Source: Gaiellales bacterium
GTDB lineage: Bacteria > Actinomycetota > Thermoleophilia > Gaiellales > JAICJC01
DNA: 64,000 bases
Direction of reading: 5' to 3'
Assembly (NCBI GenBank): GCA_036273335.1
Contig: DASUHT010000018.1
Location: 586 to 64,585 of the forward strand
The notes below the pieces were generated by a model that did not search any database, was not told the origin of the DNA, and saw only the letters and a list, made by a program, of their open reading frames with translations. The first letter of the stretch is position 1, and each line of letters begins with the position of its first letter. Below, piece after piece: positions 26,811-35,251 of the stretch. A program made the translations under genes and the position numbers.

Positions 26811-27368
26811 ATGTTCAGACGTACCCGTACATCCCCAACCGCTGTCAGCGGCTGGACCGGCGCCGTGATCGCGCCGGCAGTCCTGTTGATCGCGCTCGGC
26901 TGCTGGGTGTTCTTCGTCCCGCTGGTCGGGCCGTACTTCAGCTTCGGCTTCGACACGACGACGCACTGGCGCTTCTCGCAAGACCACGTGCTGCTCCAGT
27001 TGCTGCCGGGCATCGCCATCGCCGCCGCCGGCCTGCTGATGCTCGTGCCCAGCCGGCTCGTCGGCTGGCTGGCTGGGCTTCTGGCGGTGGCCGCGGGCAT
27101 CTGGCTCGTGATCGGGCCGTCGCTGCAACCGCTCTGGTCGTCGACGCCGCTGCAGGCGCTTCCCGGCACTGACGCCAAGACCGCCATCCGCTGGATCGCG
27201 GGCTTCTACGGCGCCGGCGCGCTGGCGATCTACCTGGGCGCCCAGGCGCAGGGCCTGCTCGAGCGCCGTCCGGTGACGACCGTGACACCCGGCCCGCCGC
27301 CGCCGGCGGAGCGACGGAGCGACGTCGAGGATCCTCAGCGCCAGACGTCGTTTGCCGGCCGCACGTAG
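26811..27368 (+). CDS. Hypothetical membrane protein (4 predicted TM spans)
   Basis: GAGGAGG lies 6 nt upstream of ATG 26811. Hydrophobic spans are visible. No family recognised. Confidence 0.55.
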   Translation: MFRRTRTSPTAVSGWTGAVIAPAVLLIALGCWVFFVPLVGPYFSFGFDTTTHWRFSQDHVLLQLLPGIAIAAAGLLMLVPSRLVGWLAGLLAVAAGIWLVIGPSLQPLWSSTPLQALPGTDAKTAIRWIAGFYGAGALAIYLGAQAQGLLERRPVTTVTPGPPPPAERRSDVEDPQRQTSFAGRT

Positions 27369-28151
27369 CGGGTGTAGCGACAGTGGCCGGCCCGGAAGCC
27401 CCGGGCCGGCCAGAAGCGCGAGGCGGAGACGTTGGCGGCCCGCCAGTCGACCACGCAGGTTGCGTATCCGCGCTCGCGCGCCCAGGCCAGGGCGTGCGCG
27501 GTCAGGGCCGTTCCCAGGCCGCTCCCGCGATGGCCGGCATCGACCGCCGCGACGGCGAGGTTGACCGTCCCGGGGTCACGCTCCTCCATCAGCACGAACC
27601 CCGCCGGCGTCCCCGTCGACTCGATCAGGAAGGCGGTCATCGCCTTCTCGTCCAGGTCCGCCCGCCACTCGCGTTCCGCCTCCTCGCGGGAGTCGGCGGT
27701 CCCGCCCGCCCAGCAGGGAGCGGCCAGGTGCTGGTGGTAGAGCTGGAAGGCGAGATCGACGACGGCCGGCGCGTCGTCGGGCGTCCCGGCCCGGATCGCA
27801 TACCCGGTCGGTGGCGGCGCCGGGTCGACGGCCGTCAGATCGCGGGCGGCGTGCACCTGCTGGACGAAGAAGCTGAGCCCCAGCCAGGCCTCGCGCTCCG
27901 GCCCTTCGGCGGCGGCCAGGATGTAGTGGTCGAGCGCCCCGGCGTCGACCCAGGACTGGCCGGCGACCGCGTACAGGTCGCGGTAGAGCTCGGCCGCTTC
28001 CTCCTCCGCCAGGCCGTGATCGGCCAGGCCGGACCAGGCGTGGCGGCCGCGGATTCCGTTCTGCTCGATGCGGGCGCCGAGGAACCCGCAGGGAGCCTCT
28101 GCACCGACCAGATCGTCGCGCTGGAACCGGGTGACCGGGCTCTGAGCCACG
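27335..28151 (-). CDS. GNAT-family N-acetyltransferase (C-terminal GNAT domain)
   Basis: VDAGHRGSGLGTALTAHALAWARERGY is the acetyl-CoA binding motif. The GTG 28151 start was chosen to avoid overlap with the divergent gene. Confidence 0.7.
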
Positions 28152-28175
28152 GCCCAGACTAGACTGACGACAACC

Positions 28176-29171
28176 GTGAGCGCATCCGAGATCGTTGATA
28201 TCACCATTGTCGGGGGCGGCCCGACCGGCCTCGCGGCCGCCTATTACGGCGCCCATCGCGACGCCAGCGTGCGCATCGTCGAGAGCCTGGAGCAGCTCGG
28301 CGGACAGGTGTCCGCGGTGTATCCGGAGAAGCACATCTTCGACGTCGCCGGCTACCCCAAGATCAACGGCCAGGAGCTGATCGACAGGCTGACCGAGCAG
28401 GCGATGCAGTACGACCCGGAGGTGCGGCTGGGCGAGGTCATCGAGACGATCGAGCACGCCGGCGAGGAGATCCACCTGCACACCGCCGGCGGCGAGCTGC
28501 TGCGCACGCGGACGATGATCATCACCGCCGGTCACGGCGCCTTCAATCCGCGCAAGCTCGACATTCCCGACCTGGATCGATGGGAAGGGAACGGCTTGCA
28601 CTACTTCGTGCGTCGCAAGGAGGCGTTCAGCGGCAAGCGGGTGGCGCTGGTCGGCGGCGGCGACTCGGCGCTCGACTGGGCGCTCGGTCTCCAGGACACC
28701 GCGGCGCTGCCAATCACCCTGATCCACCGCCGCGATCGGTTCCGTGGGCTCGAGTCGTCGGTCAACGAGGTGCGGCGGCTGGCCGAGGAGGGGCGCGTCA
28801 ACATCCTCACCCCCTGTGAGGTGCGCGGCGCCGCCGGGAACGGCCAGCTGGAGTCGATCACCGTCGAGAACACGGAGACGGGCGAGCTGGAGGAGCATCC
28901 CTGTGACGAGCTCGTGACGCTGCTCGGCTTCGTCTCGCACCTGGGGGCGATCGCCAGCTGGGGCCTGGAGTTCGAGAACAAGCGGCAGATCCGCGTCACA
29001 CCGTCCATGGAGACCAACCTGCCCGGGATCTACGCCGCCGGCGACGTCGCCGGGTACGAGGGGAAGATCACGCTGATCACGGTCGGCTTCTCGGAGGCGG
29101 CGCTGGCCGCCAACCATGCCGTCGCCCACATCCGCGGCGAGAAGGCGCAGCCCAAGTACTCGACCGAGTAG
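28176..29171 (+). CDS. Ferredoxin-NADP(+) reductase, thioredoxin-reductase-like type
   Basis: IVGGGPTGLAAAYY is the FAD motif and LVGGGDSALDWA the NADP motif. ...YPEKHIFDVAGYP... is typical of this FNR family. Confidence 0.75.
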   Translation: MSASEIVDITIVGGGPTGLAAAYYGAHRDASVRIVESLEQLGGQVSAVYPEKHIFDVAGYPKINGQELIDRLTEQAMQYDPEVRLGEVIETIEHAGEEIHLHTAGGELLRTRTMIITAGHGAFNPRKLDIPDLDRWEGNGLHYFVRRKEAFSGKRVALVGGGDSALDWALGLQDTAALPITLIHRRDRFRGLESSVNEVRRLAEEGRVNILTPCEVRGAAGNGQLESITVENTETGELEEHPCDELVTLLGFVSHLGAIASWGLEFENKRQIRVTPSMETNLPGIYAAGDVAGYEGKITLITVGFSEAALAANHAVAHIRGEKAQPKYSTE

Positions 29172-29177
29172 CCGCCG

Positions 29178-29498
29178 TCAGGCGGGTGGAACGCCGCCCA
29201 CCGCGAGGTACGACAGCCCCTCGCTGCCGGCGATCACCTGCCGCCTGACGCCGGGCGGCACGAGCACGTAGCGGCCCGGCGCCAGGGGCACCGACTCGCT
29301 CCCGATCCGGATCTCCCCGGAACCGGCCAGCGCGACATAAACCTCCTCCTGTCCCGACTCGGCCTCGTCGTGCTCGAAGCCGGCCTGCTCGGGGCTGGAG
29401 TCGAACTGGTTGATCCCGAACGCTCGCACCTCCAGCGTGCGGCCGACCGGCTTTCGCCGCCCCTCGAAGGACGCGACATCGACGATCCTGTGGCTCAT
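29178..29498 (-). CDS. Cupin-domain protein (106 aa)
   Basis: Start at MSHRIVDV (ATG 29498). It is a paralogue of the cupin at 63171-63563 (shared ...HDE..SGQEE[VL]Y...G....P pattern). Confidence 0.65.
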   Translation of the reverse strand: MSHRIVDVASFEGRRKPVGRTLEVRAFGINQFDSSPEQAGFEHDEAESGQEEVYVALAGSGEIRIGSESVPLAPGRYVLVPPGVRRQVIAGSEGLSYLAVGGVPPA

Positions 29499-29562
29499 AC
29501 ACCGTTGAACGTTCGCCGAGCCCGTCTGGTTAGCGTGCTCCATCGACCGGCGCGCCCTCGAC
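29495..29562. repeat. 68-bp imperfect direct repeat, copy A (58/68 identical to 29765-29832)
   Basis: Manual alignment. It includes the cupin start codon (tcat) at one end and ccATCGACCGGcgCGCcCTCGAC at the other. Confidence 0.85.
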
Positions 29563-29764
29563 GGTGATCGTGGCCGCCGCCGATCGGCGCCGACAGGATC
29601 AGGAGCTGCGCTCACGCGGGGAGCGCCGCCTCGAAGGGGCTGGTCAGCCTGCCCCCCCGCCTCCTCACTCCGAGGCGTCCCTCCACCAATCCACGGCCTG
29701 GCGATCCACCAACACGCGGGATCACGCTAGGTGCGGACGGATGAGAGATGCCTGAGAACGCGGT

Positions 29765-29832
29765 TCATACACCGTTGAACAATTGCCGAGTCGATCTGGT
29801 TAGCATGCGCCATCGACCGGCACGCGCTCGAC
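29765..29832. repeat. 68-bp imperfect direct repeat, copy B
   Basis: Offset is 270 bp from copy A. It carries the apparent N-terminus (AIDRHALD) of the downstream plus-strand gene. Confidence 0.85.
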
Positions 29833-30414
29833 CTCCATGGCAGCTTCTCCTGGATCGCCGACCCCGGTGAGCGGATCGCCCGTGCCTCGACCGCGGTCGC
29901 GCTCCAGGACGGGTGGGTGCTGGTCGATCCGGTGGACGCTCCCGGTCTGGACGTGGCTCTGGCCGGCCGCCCGGTGCGCGCCGTCGCCCTGCTGTTGGCC
30001 CGCCACCGGCGAGATTCGGAGGCGGTCGCCGCCCGCCACGGTGTGCCGGTCCTGGCGGTCGCGGATGGAAGCGCGCTGCCCTTCGGCGGCGCTCAGGTGC
30101 GGCGGACGCTGCATCGCCCCGGCTGGCGGGAGTCGGCGCTCTGGCTGGACGACCGCGGCCTGCTGGTCGTGGGCGACCTGTACGGGACGCGGCCCTACTT
30201 CCTGACGGGAAGCGACGTTCTCGGCATGCATCCGGCGCTGCGGCCGCTGCCGCCCCGGCTGGGACTGGCCGACCTGCGGCCGCGAGCAATCGCGGTCGGC
30301 CACGGCCGCCCGGTCACCGGCGGCGCCGCTGCGGCGCTCGAGCTGGCCGAGCGGACGGCCTTTCGCGGCCTCCCGCGCAACTGGTGGCACATCGTGCGGA
30401 CGCGCGGTCACTAA
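29812..30414 (+). CDS. Hypothetical MBL-fold-like protein with degenerate metal motif; start unresolved (first canonical start is GTG 29917)
   Basis: The frame is open from 29779. IDRHALDLHGSFSWIADPGERIARASTAVALQDGWVLVDPVD aligns with the N-terminus of the paralogue at 52642. The only in-frame candidates upstream of 29917 are ATT 29782 and ATC 29794, 29812, 29854 and 29875. Confidence 0.5.
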   Translation: MDRHALDLHGSFSWIADPGERIARASTAVALQDGWVLVDPVDAPGLDVALAGRPVRAVALLLARHRRDSEAVAARHGVPVLAVADGSALPFGGAQVRRTLHRPGWRESALWLDDRGLLVVGDLYGTRPYFLTGSDVLGMHPALRPLPPRLGLADLRPRAIAVGHGRPVTGGAAAALELAERTAFRGLPRNWWHIVRTRGH

Positions 30415-30453
30415 CATCCAGAGCGGAAACCGCAGACGAGGAGCGCACACGCG

Positions 30454-31782
30454 ATGGCAGAGCTTTGGGGCGGGGAGACCCGCAAGGCGGTCGACAATTT
30501 CCGGGTGTCCGGCGAGCGCATCCCGCCCGCGGTCATCCACTGGCTGGGCCGGATCAAGGGCGCCGCCGCCCGGGTGAACGCCGAGCTGGGCCTGCTCGAC
30601 CAGGAGCTGGCCGAGCGAATCGGCGGCGCGGCCGACGAGGTGGCGGCGGGCGCGCACGACGACCAGTTCCCGATCGATGTCTTCCAGACCGGTTCCGGCA
30701 CGTCGTCGAACATGAACGCCAACGAGGTGATCGCCACGCTGGCCGGCGACGACGTCCATCCCAACGACGGCGTGAACATGGGGCAGTCGTCGAACGACGT
30801 CTTCCCGTCTGCGGTCCACCTGGCGGCGCTCGACCTCACCGTCAACGAGCTGCTGCCGGCGCTCGACCAGCTGGCCTCGTCGCTCGCCGCCAAGGCCGAC
30901 GAGTTCGCCGACGTGGTCAAGTCGGGTCGCACCCACCTGATGGACGCCGTTCCGGTCACGCTCGGCCAGGAGTTCTCCGGCTACGCGGCCCAGGTCCGGG
31001 AGGGACACCGGCGCGTCGAGGGGACGCTCCGCGGCCTGGGCCAGATCCCGCTCGGCGGCACCGCCGTCGGCACCGGCCTGAACACCCATCCCGAGTTCGC
31101 GGCCCGCGTCCGCGACCGCCTCGCCGCCGACACCGGGCTCCCGATCCTGCCGCCCGCCGACCCCTTCGAGGCGCAGGCCAACCGGGACGGCCTGGTCGAG
31201 GCGTCGGGCGCGCTGAAGGCGGTGGCCGTGTCGCTGACCAAGATCGCCAACGACCTGCGTTGGATGGGCTCGGGGCCGCGGGCGGGCCTGGCCGAGATCA
31301 TCATTCCGGAGCTCCAGAAGGGGAGCTCGATCATGCCCGGGAAGGTCAACCCGGTCATCCCCGAGGTGGTCTGCCAGGTATCGGCGCAGGTGATCGGAAA
31401 CGACACCGCGATCACCGTCGGCGGACTCCAGGGCAACTTCGAGCTGAATGTCCAGATCCCGCTGATGGCGCGCAACCTGCTCCAGTCGATCACGCTGCTG
31501 GCGGCCGCCGGCCGGCTCTTCGCGAGCAAGTGCGTTGACGGGATCCAGGCCAACGAGGCCGCCTGCGAGCGGGCCGGCGAGGCCACCCTGGCCATCGCCA
31601 CCGCGCTCAACCCGTTCATCGGCTACGACCGGGCGACCGAGATCGTCAAGGAGGCGGCCGACTCCGGCCGCCCGCTGCGCGAGGTCGCCCGCGACCACGG
31701 GGTGGAGGAGTCCGTGCTCGACCAGGCGCTCGACCTGCGCCGGATCGCCGCCGGCAACTCCACCGCGGGGGCCGAGCGATGA
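30454..31782 (+). CDS. fumC: Class II fumarate hydratase
   Basis: GSSIMPGKVNPVIPE signature, DDQFPIDVFQTGSGTSSNMN and SGRTHLMDAVPVTLGQEFSGY. The N-terminus is about 20 aa shorter than canonical FumC. An in-frame stop lies at 30412-30414. Confidence 0.85.
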   Translation: MAELWGGETRKAVDNFRVSGERIPPAVIHWLGRIKGAAARVNAELGLLDQELAERIGGAADEVAAGAHDDQFPIDVFQTGSGTSSNMNANEVIATLAGDDVHPNDGVNMGQSSNDVFPSAVHLAALDLTVNELLPALDQLASSLAAKADEFADVVKSGRTHLMDAVPVTLGQEFSGYAAQVREGHRRVEGTLRGLGQIPLGGTAVGTGLNTHPEFAARVRDRLAADTGLPILPPADPFEAQANRDGLVEASGALKAVAVSLTKIANDLRWMGSGPRAGLAEIIIPELQKGSSIMPGKVNPVIPEVVCQVSAQVIGNDTAITVGGLQGNFELNVQIPLMARNLLQSITLLAAAGRLFASKCVDGIQANEAACERAGEATLAIATALNPFIGYDRATEIVKEAADSGRPLREVARDHGVEESVLDQALDLRRIAAGNSTAGAER

Positions 31783-32498
31783 ACGTGCTCGTCCTGCAGC
31801 ACATCGCCTGCGAGCCGCCGGGCGAGTTCGAGGATGCGCTCGTCGAGCGGGGCGCCGCGATCCACCGCGTCGAGCTGGACGACGGAGAGCGGCTGCCCGA
31901 CTGGCGGGAGTTCGACGCGATCGTCGCGATGGGCGGCCCGATGTCGGTCAACGACGACGCCGAGCATCCCTGGCTGACCGCCGAGAAGCAGGCGATCGGC
32001 GATGCGGTCCGGGCCGGCCTGCCGTACTGGGGCGCATGCCTGGGCGTGCAGCTGCTGGCCGCCGCGCTGGGTGCCCGCGTCTACACCGGCGACCTGCCGG
32101 AGGTGGGAGTGCTGGACGTGGAGCTGACCGAGGCGGGGCGGGCCGACCCGGTGTTCGCCGGCCTGCCGGGGCGCTTCCCGACGCTGCAATGGCACGGCGA
32201 CACCTTCGACCTGCCCGAGGGGGCGGTGCGCCTGGCATCCTCGCCGGCCTACCCGAACCAGGCCTTCCGCCACGGCCGGAGCGCCTATGGCGTCCAGTTC
32301 CATGTCGAGGTTTCAGAGGAGATGGCGGCCGAGTGGGGCCGGGTGCCGGCGTACGTCGAGTCGGCTTCAAAGTCGCTCGGCGAAGGCGGCATCGAGCGTC
32401 TGCTGGGTGAGTTCGCCGGTCAGCGCGAGGCGATGCTCTCGCACGCCCGGACGATGTTCGAGGCATGGCTTGAGCTCGCCGCCCCCGTCGCCCGATAG
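31779..32498 (+). CDS. Type 1 glutamine amidotransferase (GATase1) domain protein
   Basis: The nucleophile elbow is WGACLGVQLL, and YGVQFHVE is also present. ATGA overlap with the fumC stop. Confidence 0.8.
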   Translation: MNVLVLQHIACEPPGEFEDALVERGAAIHRVELDDGERLPDWREFDAIVAMGGPMSVNDDAEHPWLTAEKQAIGDAVRAGLPYWGACLGVQLLAAALGARVYTGDLPEVGVLDVELTEAGRADPVFAGLPGRFPTLQWHGDTFDLPEGAVRLASSPAYPNQAFRHGRSAYGVQFHVEVSEEMAAEWGRVPAYVESASKSLGEGGIERLLGEFAGQREAMLSHARTMFEAWLELAAPVAR

Positions 32499-32835
32499 CC
32501 GCTTCCTGGCCGTTCGCTACGCCGCCCAGGAGGCGTCCGACTTCGAGCTGCCCGAGCCCGCGGTACGCGAGTTCATCGAGCTTCGCGACAGCGGCGCCGG
32601 CGAGTCCGAGATCGCCCAGCGGCTGGATCTCGAGCCGGAGCTGGTGCACGAGCTCGTGCGCGCCGACGAGGCGCAGGCGCTGGCCCACCGGATCGCAGTC
32701 GGCGAGGAGCCGATGTATCCGCCGCCTCAGCCGTCCGAGCAGGTGGTGGACGCCCGCCTGGGATCGCTCACGGTGCCGCTCCTCGTCCTCGCCCTGGTGC
32801 TGGTGGCGGCGGTGGTCTGGGCGCTCGCCCGCTAA
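32470..32835 (+). CDS. Hypothetical protein with C-terminal TM anchor
   Basis: GC3 is very high (about 8 non-GC third positions in ~110 codons, by eye). The C-terminal hydrophobic span is LTVPLLVLALVLVAAVVWALA. TTG 32470 is assumed as start; CTG 32506 is an alternative. Confidence 0.45.
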   Translation: MSSPPPSPDSRFLAVRYAAQEASDFELPEPAVREFIELRDSGAGESEIAQRLDLEPELVHELVRADEAQALAHRIAVGEEPMYPPPQPSEQVVDARLGSLTVPLLVLALVLVAAVVWALAR

Positions 32836-32887
32836 CCCCCAAAGTTCGGACAATTGTCGTCACAAGGCTGTCGCGGATCAACCGCGT

Positions 32888-32916
32888 GGAACAAGGGGGC
32901 CTGGCCCCTTTGTTCC
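32888..32916. terminator. Strong hairpin GGAACAAGGGGGCC-T-GGCCCCTTTGTTCC (14 pairs including one G-T); terminator-like on both strands
   Basis: Read directly. It lies 53 nt after the plus-strand stop at 32835. The GC stem is followed by TTTGTT. Confidence 0.55.
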
Positions 32917-33026
32917 GCGATGTGGACGCCCCGGGGTACGACGACCTTCGGTCTGATCCGCTCAGCCAGGCCGATTACCGCTGCTCGGTCATCACGGGCA
33001 CGTCACAAGAGTGCGCCGTGAAATTT

Positions 33027-33050
33027 GGGGGCCTGGCCCCTTTGTTCCGC
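33027..33050. terminator. Second copy of the 24-nt element GGGGGCCTGGCCCCTTTGTTCCGC (exact repeat of 32895-32918); short GC hairpin, 20 nt past the stop (33070) of the minus-strand GNAT gene
   Basis: Exact 24/24 match by manual comparison. On the minus strand GGGGC-CAG-GCCCC is followed by CAAATTTC. Confidence 0.5.
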
Positions 33051-33069
33051 CGACCCGGCGAGGTGGCGC

Positions 33070-33555
33070 TCACACCTCCGGGGAGAGCTGCTTGGACATC
33101 CCGACGTGCGTCTCCCGGTAGCCCAGCGAGCGGTAGAGCGCCCGTGCGACATTGTTTCCGCCGAAGACGTTCAGGTCTATGCGGTCGATCCCGCGGGCGG
33201 CCACCTGCGCCTCCAGCGTCGACATGATCGCCCGGCCGTAGCCGCGCCCGCGCGCGGCCTCCAGCACCTCGATGTTCCACACGAATCCAATCCGCTGGCC
33301 ACCGAAGTCGCGCTCCCCGAACCAGAGGTAGCCCACCAGCTCGCCGGAGGCCGAATCCTCCGCAGTCAGCATGGTCTGGCCGGGCGAGGACACCCCGTCG
33401 GGCAGGAGACCGGTGAAGTCGCGGTTCGACTTCTCGCGGGCGGCGTCGGCGGTGTAGCCGAGCTCCACGCGAACGGCCTCGGCGTACTCGTCGCGAGCGC
33501 GGCCCAGCCAGCCGTCGAACTCCTCACTGGTCATCGGCCGCAGCTCGACGATCAT
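33070..33555 (-). CDS. GNAT-family N-acetyltransferase
   Basis: The core motif is IEVLEAARGRGYGRAIMSTLEAQVAARG. 161 aa. ATGA overlap with the upstream gene. Confidence 0.8.
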   Translation of the reverse strand: MIVELRPMTSEEFDGWLGRARDEYAEAVRVELGYTADAAREKSNRDFTGLLPDGVSSPGQTMLTAEDSASGELVGYLWFGERDFGGQRIGFVWNIEVLEAARGRGYGRAIMSTLEAQVAARGIDRIDLNVFGGNNVARALYRSLGYRETHVGMSKQLSPEV

Positions 33556-34334
33556 CGCAGGCTGCCCGCCAGGACGAAGTCGCGGACGAGGGCGCTCGTC
33601 TCCGCCAGCGCGTCCCAGAGCAGGTAGTGGCCGCCCGGAACGGTCTCCAGCCGGCAGCGGCGAAGCTCCTCGGCAGCCTGCTCGGCGTCAATCTCGCTGA
33701 ACACGTCGGAGGTCTGGCCGCGGACGATCAGAACCGGGCACACCACCTCCCGCAGCGGCGGCTGGCTGCCGCGCACTGCCTCCATTGCCTGAGCCGCGGC
33801 CGACCGGCTGTAGCGCTGCCGGAACCGGCCGTCCTCGCCGGCAACCAGGTGTTCGGCCATCTCCTCCTCGAGCAGCGCCCGCGGGGTGTGCTCGAGGCCA
33901 GACTGGTGGCGGAGATGGGCGATCGCCTCGTCGACGGACGCGAAGCTGCCGCCTTGCTGCTCGTCGTCGCCGGGCCGCCGCCCGATCGCGAAGAGCGGTG
34001 GGTCGAGCAGGCAAAGACCGGTTACGCGATCACCTCGGGTGGCCGCGAACTCGAGCGCGATCCGGCCGCCCAGCGAGGCGCCGACGAGCATCGACTGGTC
34101 GATCCCGCAGGCGTCCATGACCTCCTCCAGGTCGTCGCAATGCGCCTCCGGCGACTGGTCGCCGGCCCACGGCGAGCGGCCGTGGCCGCGCAGGTCGTAG
34201 GAGACGACAAAGCGGCGATCCTCGAGCATCCGGGCCAGCCGCTCGAAGCGCCGGGCATGGCCGCCGACGCCGTGGATGCAGACCACCGGCAGCGCATCCT
34301 CGTTCCCCCAGGTGAGGATGCGAAAGCTGGTCAC
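33552..34334 (-). CDS. Alpha/beta-fold hydrolase
   Basis: VVCIHGVGGHARRF is the oxyanion region and LVGASLGG the GxSxG nucleophile elbow. GTG 34334 forms a GTGA overlap with the lipA stop. Confidence 0.8.
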   Translation of the reverse strand: MTSFRILTWGNEDALPVVCIHGVGGHARRFERLARMLEDRRFVVSYDLRGHGRSPWAGDQSPEAHCDDLEEVMDACGIDQSMLVGASLGGRIALEFAATRGDRVTGLCLLDPPLFAIGRRPGDDEQQGGSFASVDEAIAHLRHQSGLEHTPRALLEEEMAEHLVAGEDGRFRQRYSRSAAAQAMEAVRGSQPPLREVVCPVLIVRGQTSDVFSEIDAEQAAEELRRCRLETVPGGHYLLWDALAETSALVRDFVLAGSLR

Positions 34335-35251
34335 CCGGCGGGGGACTCCCTGGCCGCCGCCAGCCGCTGCTCCTCGGCGTGGTAGCTGGAGCGGACGAGC
34401 GGCCCCGCGTAGACGGACGCGAACCCCAGCGCCTCGCCCCGCTCCCGGAGCTCCCGGAACTGGGCCGGCGTGACCCAGCGGTCGAGCGGCAGGTGGCGGG
34501 CGGTCGGCTGCAGGTACTGGCCGATCGTCACCACATCCACCCGGTGAGCGCGCAGATCCTGCATCACCTCGACCACCTCGTCGTCCGTCTCGCCCATGCC
34601 GACGATGATCCCGCTCTTGGTGAGGAGCGGCGGCCGTGCCGGGTGAAGCGCCGCCCAGGTGTCCTTGGCGCGGTCGAGCAGCTCGAGCGCGCGCGAATAG
34701 TCCCCCTTGGGGCGGATCCGCCGGTAGAACCGGTGATGCGTCTCGATGTTGTGGTTGAAGACGTCCGGTGCCTCGCCCAGGACGATCTCCAGCGCCCCCT
34801 CCTGGAAGCCGAGGAAGTCGGGCACCAGAACCTCGATGCGGCACTCGGGCGCCGCCCGTCGGATGGCGCGGATGGTGGCGGCGAAGTGCCCGGCGCCGCG
34901 ATCGTCAAGGTCGTCGCGGTCGACCGAGGTGACCACGACGTGGCGGAGCCCCATCCGCTGCGCGGCCCGCGCCACCCGCAGCGGCTCCAGCGGCTCGGGC
35001 GCTCCCTGGGGCCGACCCGACGTGACCGCGCAGTAGCGGCAGGCGCGGGTGCAGACGTCGCCGAGGATCTGGAACGTCGCCGTGCCGCGGCCCCAGCACT
35101 CGCCGATGTTGGGGCAGCGCGCCTCCTCGCAGACGGTGTGCAGGCCGCCCTCGCGCATGATCGCCTTCAGCTCGCCGTAGCGGGTGTTGGCCGACGGCGC
35201 GCGCACCTTCATCCACGCCGGCCGGGCCCGGGCGGCCTCGGAGAATGCCAT
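34331..35251 (-). CDS. lipA: Lipoyl synthase (radical SAM)
   Basis: CEEARCPNIGECW and CTRACRYCAV cysteine motifs. Confidence 0.95.
   Translation of the reverse strand: MAFSEAARARPAWMKVRAPSANTRYGELKAIMREGGLHTVCEEARCPNIGECWGRGTATFQILGDVCTRACRYCAVTSGRPQGAPEPLEPLRVARAAQRMGLRHVVVTSVDRDDLDDRGAGHFAATIRAIRRAAPECRIEVLVPDFLGFQEGALEIVLGEAPDVFNHNIETHHRFYRRIRPKGDYSRALELLDRAKDTWAALHPARPPLLTKSGIIVGMGETDDEVVEVMQDLRAHRVDVVTIGQYLQPTARHLPLDRWVTPAQFRELRERGEALGFASVYAGPLVRSSYHAEEQRLAAARESPAG

Noticed and set aside
29564-29755. 63-aa ORF in the spacer between the two 68-bp repeats
   Set aside because: It has Arg/Gln/Pro-rich, non-protein-like composition, no RBS or start context, and lies in an obviously non-coding, structured spacer.
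32886-33227. 113-aa ORF with a duplicated GGLAPLFR peptide motif
   Set aside because: The peptide repeat is a by-product of the 24-nt DNA repeat. GC3 in this frame (~76% by eye) is not better than in a neighbouring frame (~70%). The ORF would also have to run 157 nt antisense into the GNAT gene.
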